A stretch of DNA of 64,000 nucleotides from Caecitellus pseudoparvulus (taxonomy: Eukaryota; Protista; Bigyra: Bicosoecida), in assembly GCA_965644315.1 (NCBI GenBank), contig CBFFRQ010000049.1:116454-180453 (forward strand). The letters are read 5' to 3'. The notes beneath the pieces were generated by a model. That model was given only the letters and a program-made list of their open reading frames with translations. It was not told where the DNA came from and made no database searches. Below are positions 44,901 through 56,696 of the stretch, in pieces. The position numbers were made by a program, and so were the translations under genes. Every line of letters starts with the position of its first letter. Position 1 is the stretch's first letter.

Positions 44901-45927
44901 CGAGCGCTGGCTGGCTTCGGAGGAGGCGTCTGACATGCTGCTGTCGCCCTCTCCCTGCCCACTGGATCGTTTCTTGCGCACAGCAGAGTTCCACCGATTC
45001 TTCACCGAGTTTTCGCTGCGGCCAGGCAGCTTCTTGGCTATCTCACTCCAGCGGTTGCCTGCGTGGTGCGCAGTGGGTCAGTGATGGCCACAGCAGGCAG
45101 GGCAGGCACACATTGAGGAACAAGTGCAGCGAGGGCGAGCTGCCAAGCACGGCTCCACGAAACACAGGCAGCGCCCTGCCCTGCAGACGAGGGTGCAGCC
45201 TTCGGGCAAGAAACGCCCCCAGCATTGTGAAGCGCGCAGTGCTCCAAGGGCCAGGCTCACAGGCCATGCACCAGCGCGCACACCACCACGGTGCATCGCA
45301 CAGGGCAGCCTGCAGTCCAGGCTGTGGCTCTGAAGCAGTGCCTGGCACCTCTGCTCACCCCCACGGGGCCCGCAGTCAAGTGCAGCCTGGCTGGCGTGTG
45401 AATGCACAGCACATCGCGACAAACAGTGCAGCGCCGAACGCACCGACTCTGCGATGGCACTGTTCAAGGATGGCATCTTCCTCTGCTGTCCATGGCGTCT
45501 TGAGCAGGTTTGGGTCCAGGTGATTGAACCACCTCTCGCGACACTGCTTGCCGATCCGGCCTGGGATGCGAGCGGCGATGTCTGACCAACGCGTGACGCC
45601 CTCCTTGATGGCCAGCACGATGACCTCATCCTCCTCTGACGTCCATGGCCCCTTCACCAGCCCTGGGCGCAGCACCTGCTCAGCACGTGGCCCCGGGAAG
45701 GTGATGACTGCTGCCCAGTCGGGCTGGCAACGCGCATGAAACGCTGTCGCAGTTGTGCTCACCTTGTTCCATCGGTGCAGGCACTGGACATCAGTACGTT
45801 GGCCCTTCAGGTACTGATCGCTGATGGCTCGCCAATTCCGAGGCCCACAAGCTGCGACACCCTTCCGCAGCGCCTCGTCCTCCTGGGCCGTCCATTTGCC
45901 GTTGCCTCGTGTGTTGCGAGAGGCCAT
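41979..45927 (-). CDS. R1R2R3 (3R)-MYB transcription factor with a long Pro/Met/Ser-rich C-terminus; introns 45676..45762 and 45059..45443
   Basis: KWTAQEDE...[28 protein letters not shown]...GRIGKQCRERWFNHLDP...WTAEED...GNRWSEIAKKLPGRSENSVKNRWNS. Confidence 0.93.
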
Positions 45928-46304
45928 GGCGTGGTGGCAGCACCGCACTGCACAAGATGGGGCTGGCCGCGAGGCGGCATGTGGAGGCATGAGCGCATGG
46001 TGTATGTGGTGCCTTTGTTTTGGGGTAGCCACCTCGGCGCCTCCAGACGGGGTGCACCAGGCGACCAAGGCCGGCTGATGTCCAACCTGTCAAGACTGCA
46101 CACAGAAACAAGGGCGCGGCGGGTTGCCGCTGCTGGGGCCCAGCGGCACAGCAGACGTGGGTTCGAAACACTTCCCCAACTCCTAAACTTGGCATTTGAT
46201 GCCGACAGGCATTCCCTTCCCGCCTGGGTGTCCCTGCTTTTGCTGCGTTCGGGCTGTACAGGCCGCGCCTTCCCTTGTGCTTTGCCCAACGTAACGCGTG
46301 CGCC

Positions 46305-49300
46305 ATGGCTGGTGACAGCTCTCCGCCAGCCTCCGCTGGCCCTGTGCGGAAGAATTTCGGTGGCATGACCCTGCAAACCAAGGACAAGTACCTGTTGCGA
46401 GCAGGGCTCACCTTCGCCGAGTACCCCTGTGTGCGTGCAGCTCTCCGGCGGGGTCTCCCTGCACCGAAGGCGTGTGTGCGGATTTTGCACCCTTCTGTTT
46501 CCCGCTCCCCCCTGTGCCACCCAGGCTGTCATTCCGTGCATGCTGCTCGTGATCTTTGCGCTCATTGGTATCTTGGTGGGTTCTGGCCAGCTGGACTTCA
46601 GCCCAACTGTGAGTGCGCGCCCCAGTGCGGTGCCAGAGACTCAGTTTCGTTGCAGGCCGGAGAAATATTCACCCGCAACCCTCCACCTCCGCCCCCCTGC
46701 AGAGTGGCTCTGACTACATGATCAAGTGAGTGGAAGAGCACCTGCGAAGCAACTCTGTTTGCTTACCAAAGACCTTGCTTCCCATGCCTTGGGTCTCTGA
46801 CCCCTCAGAACGGCAATGGAGCCGGCAGGAGGCCGCAAACACACGTCACGCACTTTCCGCCTTGCCACACCCTCCCCTCTCGCTTGCACCACAGGGCAGA
46901 CCGCAGAGTGAAGGAGTTCGATGCCGTGGACGAGGCTCGTGAGAGTGTGCTGGGCTCTGCACAAGAGGTGAGCGCCGACGCACAATGTAACGCGGGCTGC
47001 AGCTTTGCAGCCACCGGCTTTGGTGCTCCCTACAGGCTGCTTCGAACGAAACGGTGGCACAGCAGAGCCAGGGCAGCTCGGACTTCGACGTTTTCTTGCT
47101 GTACCACGACCGCAAGGGTGGAAACTTGCTGACCCCCTCCCGCCTGGCATTCATCCAGCGCCTGGAGCAGCGCTTCACCACTTCTGACTTCTACCCGGAC
47201 ATCTGCCACAAAGTGCCCTCCGTGCCAGGGGATGCGTCCTCGCAGCGCAAGTGCTCTAGGCCCTCCTCCATCGTGCAGCCAAGTGCAGTGGCCGCGGCAG
47301 GGCTGGCTGTGGACCCCACCTCCTCCCTGTTCGTGCCCAAGCAGGTGGACCCCACAGCGTCCCAGGCTGACATCGACGTCACCCTGCAAGAGTACGCCGT
47401 GAACTCCACCCTGGGCGCCATGGTGCCCGTGAACCAGCCAGACCCTGCCCAGTGGACTGCCGAGCAGCGCACTCATGTGCTGGCCCTGGCATCCAGGGGC
47501 CTGCTGTTCGGGCGAGACTTCGGCTCCTGCGACGCCAGCCTGACCACCTGCGACCTCACAGCGGCGTACATGCGGTCGTACTTCCCCATGGGCCTGCCCC
47601 TGGACGGCTTCGACAACGAAAACGACCAGCTGGAGAAGCAGGAAGCTGACTTCGACTTGGCCATCGCGCCCTTCCGGGACTACGTCATCTCCGAGCTGGA
47701 CGACGCCAACGTGGAGGTGATCATCTTCGGCACGCGCATCCTGCAGCACGCCTTCGACACCGTCGTGCAGACAGACCTGCTGTGGGCAGGCGGCTCCATC
47801 GCCTTCGTCGTCGTGTACCTGTGCGTGCACACGACGTCTCCCTTCCTGGGCCTGACGGGCATGCTGCAGATCCTGCTCAGCCTGCCCCTGGCCCTCTTCT
47901 TCTACCGCCTCGTCCTGCAGGTGTCCTTCTTCCAGACCCTGCACAGCCTGGCCATCTTCATCATCCTCGGCATCGGCGCCGACAACATCTTCGTCTTTGT
48001 GGACGCATTCATGCAGGCGCCCACGCCGTCCCCGGACGCCTACCTCAAAGCGGCAGGCATCACCGCCTTCACCACCGCCTCCGAACAGCTGACGGAGGAA
48101 GATGCCAAGACTGTGCGTGCAGCCAAGTACGCACACCTGACGGACCGCATCGCGTACACCTACCGCCGGGCAGTGCGGGCCACCGCCGTCACCTCCGGCA
48201 CCACCGCCGCTGCCTTCCTGGCGACGGGCGTGTCGGAGATCATGCCCATCGCCACCTTCGGCTACTTCGCCGCCTCCCTCGTGGTGGTGGCGTGGCTCCT
48301 CAACCTGTCCTTCCTGCCGCCCCTCGTCACCTTCTGGCACATGAACGTGCGGTGGGTGGAGGAGGCGGTGTGGGCGCACACTTTCGGGATGTGCTGCAAG
48401 CCGAGGAGCGGGGCTGCCACGCCCAAGGACTCAAGTGCACACGCAGCAGCTGGTGGCACGGCATCCCCCCTGCCTGGCCACGAGACGGAGGGTGAGCTGC
48501 CCGACGTCAGCAACCCCATGCGGCAAGGCGTGGCAAAGACCGCCACGGTGGCCCCCCACGGCGAAGCAGGGGCTGACGAGTTCTCCGTGGACCGAGCCAT
48601 GGAGCTGTTCTTCCGGGACCAGTGGGCGCCCCTCATCTTCAAGGGTCGCTACGCCATCGTGGTCGTGTTCATGGGCATCCTCATCGCGGGAGTGGCCTTG
48701 GGTGCACAGTTGCAGCCCCTCAGTGAGCAAGAGCAGTTCCTGCCCGACACACACTACACTGGGCGAGGCCTCAAGTGGACCGACGAGCGCTTTGGCTTGA
48801 CGGCCCAAGACAGGACCGTGGAGGTGACCATCACCTGGGGCGTCTCCGGTATCGACCGGGACGGCACAGACGTTTACGACCCCCTGGACAAGGGCACCCC
48901 CATCTTCGACAGCACCTTCGACCCCTCCAGCGCCCAGGCCCAGCAGGACTTGTTGAACACGTGCGATCAGGCCAGGAACGTCAGCAGCTACGCCGACGAG
49001 CAGTCCTGCTGGGTGCGCAGCTTCGCCGAGTGGCTGCAGCTGAACAGCGAGACCTTCCCCTTCACCGCCCCCAGCGGCCAGTCCCAGCAGGCTGCCTTCG
49101 TGGCCAAGGTACAGGCCTTCTGTGGCACGCCGATTGGTGCGCCGTTTTGTGCTGCCGGCCGCATCGGCATCGTGGACGGCGCCTTCAAGACGTGCGAGGT
49201 GAAGTTCAAGCTGAGCCTGAAGCTGAACCAGCCCTACGCCATCAACAAACCCGTGTACGACGCGTGGCAGGCGTTCGTGGACCGCCGCAACCGTGAGAGT

Positions 49301-50044
49301 GCGCCTGGCGTGTCCAACGCCATCCAAACCGGCGGCTCTGCGTGGCAGTGGATGATCACCGAGCGAGCCATGGTGCGCAACGCGCTGGTGGGCATGGCCA
49401 TCTCCGTCTCCGTGGCGCTGGTGGTGCTGATCCTGTCCACTCACAACTTCGTGGTGGGCGGCCTGGCCACCCTCACCATCGTCGGCATCGTGGCCACCAT
49501 CATGGCCACCATGTACTTGCAGGGGTGGGAGCTGGGCATCACCCAGTCCATCAGCAGTGTCATCCTCATCGGCTTCTCCGTGGACTACGTCGTGCATTAC
49601 GCCAACTCCTACATCGAATCGGAGGACGACAAGCCAGAGGACCTGCCGCCCCGCAACAGGTACGAGCGCACGCGCATCGCCCTGGCGCAGATGGGTGTGA
49701 GCATTCTGGCGGGCGCCATCACCACCTTCGGCGCGGGCGTCTTCTTGTTCGGCGCCATCGTGCTCTTCTTCACCCAGATGGGCATCGTGCTGCTGGCCAC
49801 CATCTCCTACGCCCTCATCTGGTCCACGGTCTTCTTCCCCGCCGCCCTCATGACCTGCGGCCCCGAAGGCGACTTTGGCAACTTGAGCCACATCTACGCC
49901 TCCTGCCGCCGCTGTGCCGGCTGCCCCCTTCCTGAGGCTGAACAGAAACCCGGCTCCAAGGAGGCTTCTGCCGGAGCCACTGCTCCTGAGGAAGACTCGA
50001 AAGCAGGACCTCCTTCCCCTGATGCTGCCGAAAAGCAGGCCTAA
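46305..50044 (+). CDS. Dispatched/Patched-family (RND, sterol-sensing domain) multi-pass membrane protein; 5' exons spliced
   Basis: Two TM bundles with IILGIGADNIFVF, VTSGTTAAAF, LIGFSVDYVVHY and GVSILAGAITT. TM1 lies in an exon near 46525-46608. Confidence 0.9.
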
Positions 50045-50071
50045 GCCTGCTCTGTAGAAATGCATGGATCA

Positions 50072-50981
50072 TCACCACAGATCCACTACGCTGTCGTGGC
50101 GAAGGATCTCTTCCATACTACTCGCTTTCTCCTGCTTGCGCCGCCTGGCAGCTGCCTCCCATGCTCTCGACTTTGGACTCGTGAAACGCTGGCGTAACGC
50201 CGCAGTGCCCAGTGTGAACTCATTGGCTGTCTTGGGAGGTGCCTTGAGCTCAGGAAACGGTATGAACACCTTGCCTGCCTCGTATGCCTGAGCATTGCGC
50301 GGAAGCTGCAGGCGACTCCGCCTCGTCGCCACAAAACTGGCCTGCCCAATGTCGGCCGGGCCCAAGCTGCAGGCTGGCGTGCGCGGAGCAGCCTCGCCGA
50401 GGCGCCCCTGCGAGCGCATGGCATGGACTGGTGGTGCATGGTACCGGCAGTGCCAGTACACTGCCGTGCGTGGCATCACTCACCAGGCACGCTTCCAGTT
50501 GCTCTTGGAACTGCCGGCGCACGTCACTGCTGGAGCAAGACAACAGGCCGGCATTCGCCATGACCGCAACCACCAGCCCTGCAGGGGCCTGCTGGGGCAG
50601 GACAGCGCGCGCAGCTGCCCACAGAGCTTTCACTGCTGCGGTTCGGTGCACTGCCAGCGGTGACAGCGTCTTTTTCCGGGCAATGGCCGTGAAGACCGGG
50701 GCGCAAGGGGGTGGCCCAGCGGGCGCCGCTCGTGAGAGAGCTGCAGAGGAGAGCGGGGCGGAATGAGGCACTGGTGAGAGGGGCAGGAGAGAAGGGGCCA
50801 CCCACCGCTGCACCACATCATGGCATGCATGTTCATGTTGTTGCCTGTGCTGCGCGCCGCGGCAGGGTGGCACGCCAGCACCTGCAGGGCGTGCCCTGCG
50901 TCCGCAGTGACTTGGCTCAGGCGCTGCACAGGGCGGGAGGGCGGGTGCTGGTGGGAGCAGGTGCTGGCAAGGGCACATCAT
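50072..50981 (-). CDS. Probable small uncharacterised spliced gene; boundaries uncertain
   Basis: Overlapping ORF fragments fill the gap between two plus-strand genes and end in a charged C-terminus (AARRRKQEKASSMEEILRHDSVVDLW*). No family recognised. Confidence 0.35.
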
Positions 50982-51256
50982 TCAGCGTACGAGCATGGTG
51001 ACGAGCCTGCAGTGCACATAGGGGCCAGCCTCGGTCTTGTGAAAGGAGCGAGTTTTGACCAGCTTGCGCTCTCTGCTCATGATTGGCGGAAAAACCCACG
51101 GCAGATGCAACGAGTGGGGCATTTTTCACCACCAACCCATCTCATTCACCGCGGAAGCTGAGCGCTGGCTCTGCTTTTGTTCGCCTGCTGCTGCCTCGCG
51201 TGCCGCGCAAGGCCACTGGTGTGAGGCACTGTCCGCAACACCACCACACCGACGCC

Positions 51257-53656
51257 ATGGCAACTTTCGGCGCCGGAATCGAGGACTTGAGGGCAGCCAG
51301 GGAGCACGCGATGCACCCTGCTGTGGCTGATTTTCTGCGGGAGTTCAAGGCTGCCGTAGAGTCAGAGCGCCCCTACGGTGCGTGCCGCGGTCTGCCGTCT
51401 CATCCCTGCCGCGGTGAAACGCCAGCACCACCCCCAATGCCGGTGCACGGCTGGCACCAACGCCAGCTGGCCCTTGGTGGCGATCTCGCACGGAAAGCAC
51501 TTTGATGCCACTCTGTTGCCTGCCGATCGCCCTGAGTCATCGCAGCCTGCCGCCCAGCAGTCGGAGGCTGCCCTGCAGCGTGTTCGGACTGTGCACGCTG
51601 CCACGCTGCCACCCTGCGCAGACATCCTGAACATGTACGAGAAGGGCTTCCGCACCATCAGCAAGGAGCACTTTGCTGAGTCCACGTGGCCTGAACGGGA
51701 GGAAGTCAAGGAGCTGCTGGACGCTGACGATTCGTTCATGGTGCTGTACAACTTGCTGTATTTCAAGCACCTGCTGGTGACGCTGCCAACTCCTGAGAAC
51801 CCCGCTCGCTCCTCGGACTACGCGGATGCGTGGGACCGCTACCGTGACTTCTTTGACTTCGTCCTGGGTGAGTGCCTCTGCCCTGGCCCCCTGTGCATGG
51901 GGAGCTGCGGAGCGCGGAAGCATGCACTGTGCGGCTTTTGAACCACGCCGGCCCTACGCTCCCTTTGCTCCCAGCACGCGTCGAGGCTCCCCCTGGGGGA
52001 GCAACTCTGAACCTGCCCGCCAAGTGGGTCTTCAACATCATGGACGAGTTCGTGTGGTACTACGAGACTTTCCATAAGCGCCGCAACGAGCGCGCTCGGG
52101 CCCTGGTCGCTGCGGATGACGGTGACGCAGCCTCCATTGCATCGGAGGACTCAGAAGGGGAGCAGAAGCAGCTGCCGCCCAAGGAAGACTACCACGACGT
52201 GCCTGATGAAGCCCTGGCTGATGTCTGGGGCACGCATGATGTGCTGCAGTACCTGTACGAGATTGTGGACAAGACGCAGATCCGGGAGAAGCTGCGCGGG
52301 GAGGTGAAGCCAGCGGCGGTGGTGGCCGCCCTGGCAGCGGGGGAAAGCTCCGCTGACGCCGACGCCACGGAGGGCAGCCGGGGAGCTGCGCCCACCGCTT
52401 TGGACAAGCTGTCCAGCACGATGGGCAACTCCGCCCACATCATGCAGTCCTTCGTGGACACCAGCGGCTTCTTCGCCCTCATCTGCCTCACGCGCCTGCA
52501 CGCCAAGCTGGGCGACTACGGCTCTGCCGTGGCAGCAGCCAAGGACATCGACCTGGCCGCCGACGCCCTCTTCGCCCGTGTGCAGAAGTGCCACATCTCC
52601 CTGTACTACTACTTCGGCTTCGCCCTGCTCATGGCCCGCCGTTACTCCGACGCCGCCGCCGTCCTGAGCCGCATCCTGCTGTTCTTCGACAGGACGGAAC
52701 ACTTGTTCAGCGCCGCTGCCAGCACTTCTCGCTTCGTCCAGAAGCAGGCTGACAAGATCATGGCCCTGGTGGCAGTGCCCCTGGCCACCTGCCCTGGCCT
52801 GAACGTCGTGGACGAGGTCGTGGCCACTCGCACCCGCGCCAAGTACGGCGAGAAGATGCAAGCCATCACGGACATGGGGGAGGCGGATGACGAGCAGCGG
52901 GTGGCGGCCGCCACAGCTGCCCTGGAGGAGCTCTTCGACTTCGCCGCGCCGGGCTTCATTGACGGCGCCTTCCGCATCGACCAGCCAGGGGACGCGTCCA
53001 TCGTCGCGGCGCGCCAGCTGAACATGTTCAAGCGCGAGGCGCTGCAGCGTGCCATGGGCCTGGAGAAGCTGCGCTCCTTCCTGCGCCTGTACACGACCAT
53101 CGACGTGAGCAAGGTGTCCACCTTCCTGGGCGTGTCCACCGGCAAGGTGCACGACATGCTCGTGGAGCTCAAGGTGAAGAACTGGCAGCCAGTGCAAGGC
53201 ATCCGCGGCGCCAGCTTCGAGAAGTCCTCTGGGGATGCAGCGGCGACGGGCGGTGAGGAGGAGGCCAGCGGGGCTGAGGAGAGCAAGGCTGACTCTGTGG
53301 GCTACCGCTCCTCCGACCCCATGCACTTCTACGTGGAGGGCAGCATGATCTCCATCCGCCCGCGTGACGAAGGCACGGACTTGGGCAAGTACTTCTCCAC
53401 CTCCGTCAGGGAGCTCGCCTCCATCCGGGAGTCCACGGAGAAGGCCCTGCTGACAGACAAGTCGAAGGCCTCCTTGCCCAGCCGCGTCACCATGTCTGCT
53501 TCGGCTGGAGCACCCACACAGGGCGGTGCTCAGCGCCGCGCTGGCTTCGGCGCCTCTGCAGGACAGGGCAGCCGAGGCGGCGCTGGCTCTGGATTTGGCT
53601 CAGCAGCCAGTTCCTGGGGCGGGCGCGGCTCTGGCTCTACATGGGGCCGCAAGTGA
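51257..53656 (+). CDS. EIF3L: Eukaryotic translation initiation factor 3 subunit L; introns ~51378..51621 and 51868..51975
   Basis: LNLPAKWVFNIMDEFVWYYETF, GFFALICLTRLHAKLGDY, YYYFGFALLMARRYSDA and LRSFLRLYTTI; strong GC3 bias. Confidence 0.92.
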
Positions 53657-53778
53657 GGCAGCCAGGCAGGGGTGTCAAACTCCTCCGTGCATGCGAACCT
53701 CGTGGCCGCACCTCAATGCACACACTGGATGCTGCTGCCTGGATTCCCCGTCGATGCAACGCTGCTTGTTTTTGTGCG

Positions 53779-54449
53779 ATGGGAGCATGTTGCTGCGCAG
53801 CACGTGAGCCAGTGGACGATGTGCCCATGAGGAACCTGGCGAGACTCATGGAGTCTGTCTCTTCGCTGTACGCGGATGTCCACTTCTTCAGCCTCATCAC
53901 GGCCTCAGGGGAGGTGCTGTGAGTGCGCTGCCGTTTCACTGCCGTTTCGAGGCCCGCTCACGCTCCTTTGCGAGGCTGCGCAGCTTCTTGAAGCACGTTT
54001 CTGAGAAAGACCTTGCCAGAAACACCATAGCGCTTGACAAGATTCGCAAAGCAGGAGTTGCTGTCAGTGCGTGACGTACCAGCGCGCACCCGACCCTGAA
54101 GGCAAGCACTGCCTCACTCCCGTCCCGCTTGCACCTGCAGGTGACCGCCTGAATCACGGGGCATTGCCCTCCATCACGAGAGTACATGGGACGTACAATT
54201 GCCTGGCAAGCGTGGACTTCAATGGACTGGTCCGTCGCGCCGGAGGTGTGGCAGCCGCCCCCGCAGTCCCACCGCACACCTCGTCTGCACGCACAGACCC
54301 TGCTGTGGTCGACAGCGACGAACCAGCCACACGTCCCCATCATGGGCGAGACACACAGTGCAGACAAGCAGCTGCTGGCGTCACTCCCCCGCATTTGCAT
54401 TGCTGCCAGGGAGGTGGAGCGCGAGGCGCTGCGCACCGCGGAGCCTTGA
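53779..54449 (+). CDS. Small uncharacterised spliced protein with an MGACCC N-terminus
   Basis: Exon MGACCCAAREP...HFFSLITASGEVL ends at a GTGAGT donor. A last exon ends ...REALRTAEP* at 54449. Confidence 0.5.
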
Positions 54450-54459
54450 CGCCCTGCAC

Positions 54460-55934
54460 CTACAGCGCCTTCTTCTTCTTGTGGGCGGAGGCATCGCCCT
54501 CTGCAAAGCGCACAAATGTCGCGTGGTCGCTGGCGTCAAGCTGCACGGCCCCCACCCCGTGCCGGAGCAGGCTTGCCAAGGTGGTCTGGGCCAGGGCGCA
54601 CCACCGCTCAGCAGCTGCTGCGTGTGCCTCTGAGCTGTCTACGGCTGACAACTGGGGCGCATCGCCCGCACCTGACGCTGCCATGCAGTCCAGTGGCTGG
54701 GGGTCCAGTCCGGGCTGCAGGGAAGTGATGGTCATGTCGTTGACCACCCTGCTCATCAGCTGCAGCGCATGCCACACGACAGAACCATGCACGAAGCTCG
54801 CCGGCGAGTCCCCCGCCCCATACCTGCACAGGAAGTAGTGAGAGCCGCGTCGGTGTCGTGGTTGTCCTTGGTGCACTAATGCGCGGCGCTGGCGGACAGC
54901 ACGCCTCACCTTATGCCCAGGTACCGCACATGAGGGGCCAGGTCTTGAGGGAAACGCAGTAGAGCTCGTGCCAGGTCAGTGGCAGAAGGGCAAAATCGCA
55001 GGACTCCCTGTGGACAGCGCGCGTGGTAGATTGTGGCCCTCATGCGGCGCCGTATATGTGCTGCTGCAGGGCGTGAGCACATACCTTGCCATTCGTCGGC
55101 GCGCCCTCTGCGAACAGCACCAGGGGACCAGCAAGAGTGCTGCGGGCCCACTCCAAAGTCTGCAGTGTGGACGCCTCCCGCCCCTCCTGGAAATGGACTT
55201 GCGAGATGCAGCCCGTGACCATGAGCAGCGCCTCCACAGTGGTCACCCGCCGCAGTCCGCCTGCTGCCGACACCCGCGCGAAAGTAGGCGCGAACCGCGA
55301 TGCTAGCCACAGCACATCAATGTAGGACTGGCAATTGACAATGTACACCTCAATGCCGGGCAGTCCACGTCCTCCGCTGGCCCTTGCTTTCAGCGTGGGG
55401 GAAGGCCTGCGAACGGCAGGGAGGGCGGGTGGCTGCATGCTGACTGCGCAGGCAGCCACTTGCGCCTGGGCCACGCACTCCAACTCGGTGTGAACGAGTG
55501 GCAAAGTGGCCTCTTTGGGTGCGTAGTATCCAAACATGGTCATGGCCACCCGAGCAGCTGGCACCTCGAACATAAAGCGCACGATTCGCTCCAGCCAGGG
55601 GAAAGGAGTCTGCGGAAAGGACGCCAGGCCGGCGTGGAGCCCCCCAACGCTACCGTTTGCGAGCGAAACACCAACCACGTGAGAGAGTGCTGACGTTATC
55701 ATCAAGATTCCAGCCAATATGCACAAGCATGGCACTCGAAGCCTGCGGGCTCGGGTGGCAGGGTCTTGACAAGCCTGCGTTTCGCCCGCGTTGCCACGAC
55801 ACGCACAGGCACAAGATGCAAGCCAGGACGCTTTGACCTGCGCAGGCCAACCAGCCCCGGTTGACGGGCTTTGAGTGTGTGACAAAGGGGTTTATCCCCG
55901 TGGACTCATCATTCCACCCGCTGAACTTCTCCAT
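54460..55934 (-). CDS. LOA1/VPS66-like lysophosphatidic acid acyltransferase (PlsC fold); spliced
   Basis: MEKFSGWNDESTGINPF, YIVNCQSYID and LFAEGAPTNGK resemble yeast Loa1 motifs. The C-terminal KKKKAL is a dilysine ER-retrieval signal. Confidence 0.8.
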
Positions 55935-56696
55935 CACGTGTCCTGCAAAAGCGGCCGCGGGTACTTCACAGGGTGCTGGGCGCGGCAGCTCTTCCGCGAC
56001 CGCGCAACCCCAACTGCAGCAACCGGGTCAGCAAAAGTAGTGATACCAAATCCTGCTTCATGGCATGGAGCTGCCTGTGAACTTTGATTTTGCACCGCCG
56101 GGGCAGAGCTCGCGCTTGCCGTCTCTCGCGATGCACCTCGTTTGCACTCCTTCGAGTGCCAGTCACACGAGCACCCCAGGGGCTGCAGGAGCCCAGACAC
56201 ATCATCATTGTCCTCTGCTCCCTGACACAGTTCCATGGCACGTGCGATGCCGAAAGTCGCTGCGCGTGCAATGCAACTTGGAGAGCTGAACGCCGCACAC
56301 CCAGCTAGCACCCCTGCACCTTCAAGCCCCATCCGGAATCATTTCAACTCGTAAATGGTGCTGCTTTTGTGATTTCTGAGACCTCAGCTCTCACAAATAC
56401 GGTCAACTTGGGCCTGCAGAGGTAGCGTTTCATGAGAAACGCAGCAAGCGTGCCCGCGGTCGCAGACTGAACAGCAGAATCCCTTGCGACACAAAAGTGG
56501 AAAGCCTATTGTCACTGTTCGAAAGCGTAACTATTTCAGGCGCTGCCTCAGCTTATCACTCTTGAGCCGGGCACAACGGCAGCTATTTGAGGATTGGACG
56601 CACCTCGCATGTGCTGCTGCCCCCAAAAGCCGCGCCAGGCTGCGCGCCCCAGTGTGTAGGGGCCAACAGCTCAAAAAGGGGCCAAAGGAGTTGACA

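Noticed and set aside
45059-45443. 385-nt MYB intron as a possible ncRNA host
   Set aside because: No snoRNA boxes were recognised, and another long intron (~244 nt in eIF3L) shows the length is not exceptional.
47030-53326. Long antisense ORFs (47030..48379, 48431..50065, 52151..53326; also 40925..42028 and 42316..43929)
   Set aside because: Shadow ORFs caused by high GC and GC3 bias of the real genes on the opposite strand; they have no motifs.
55314-55345. Cys in place of the catalytic His in the acyltransferase HX4D motif (NCQSYID) as a sign of a dead enzyme
   Set aside because: As recalled, yeast Loa1 has the same NCxSxxD variant, so it is a family trait.
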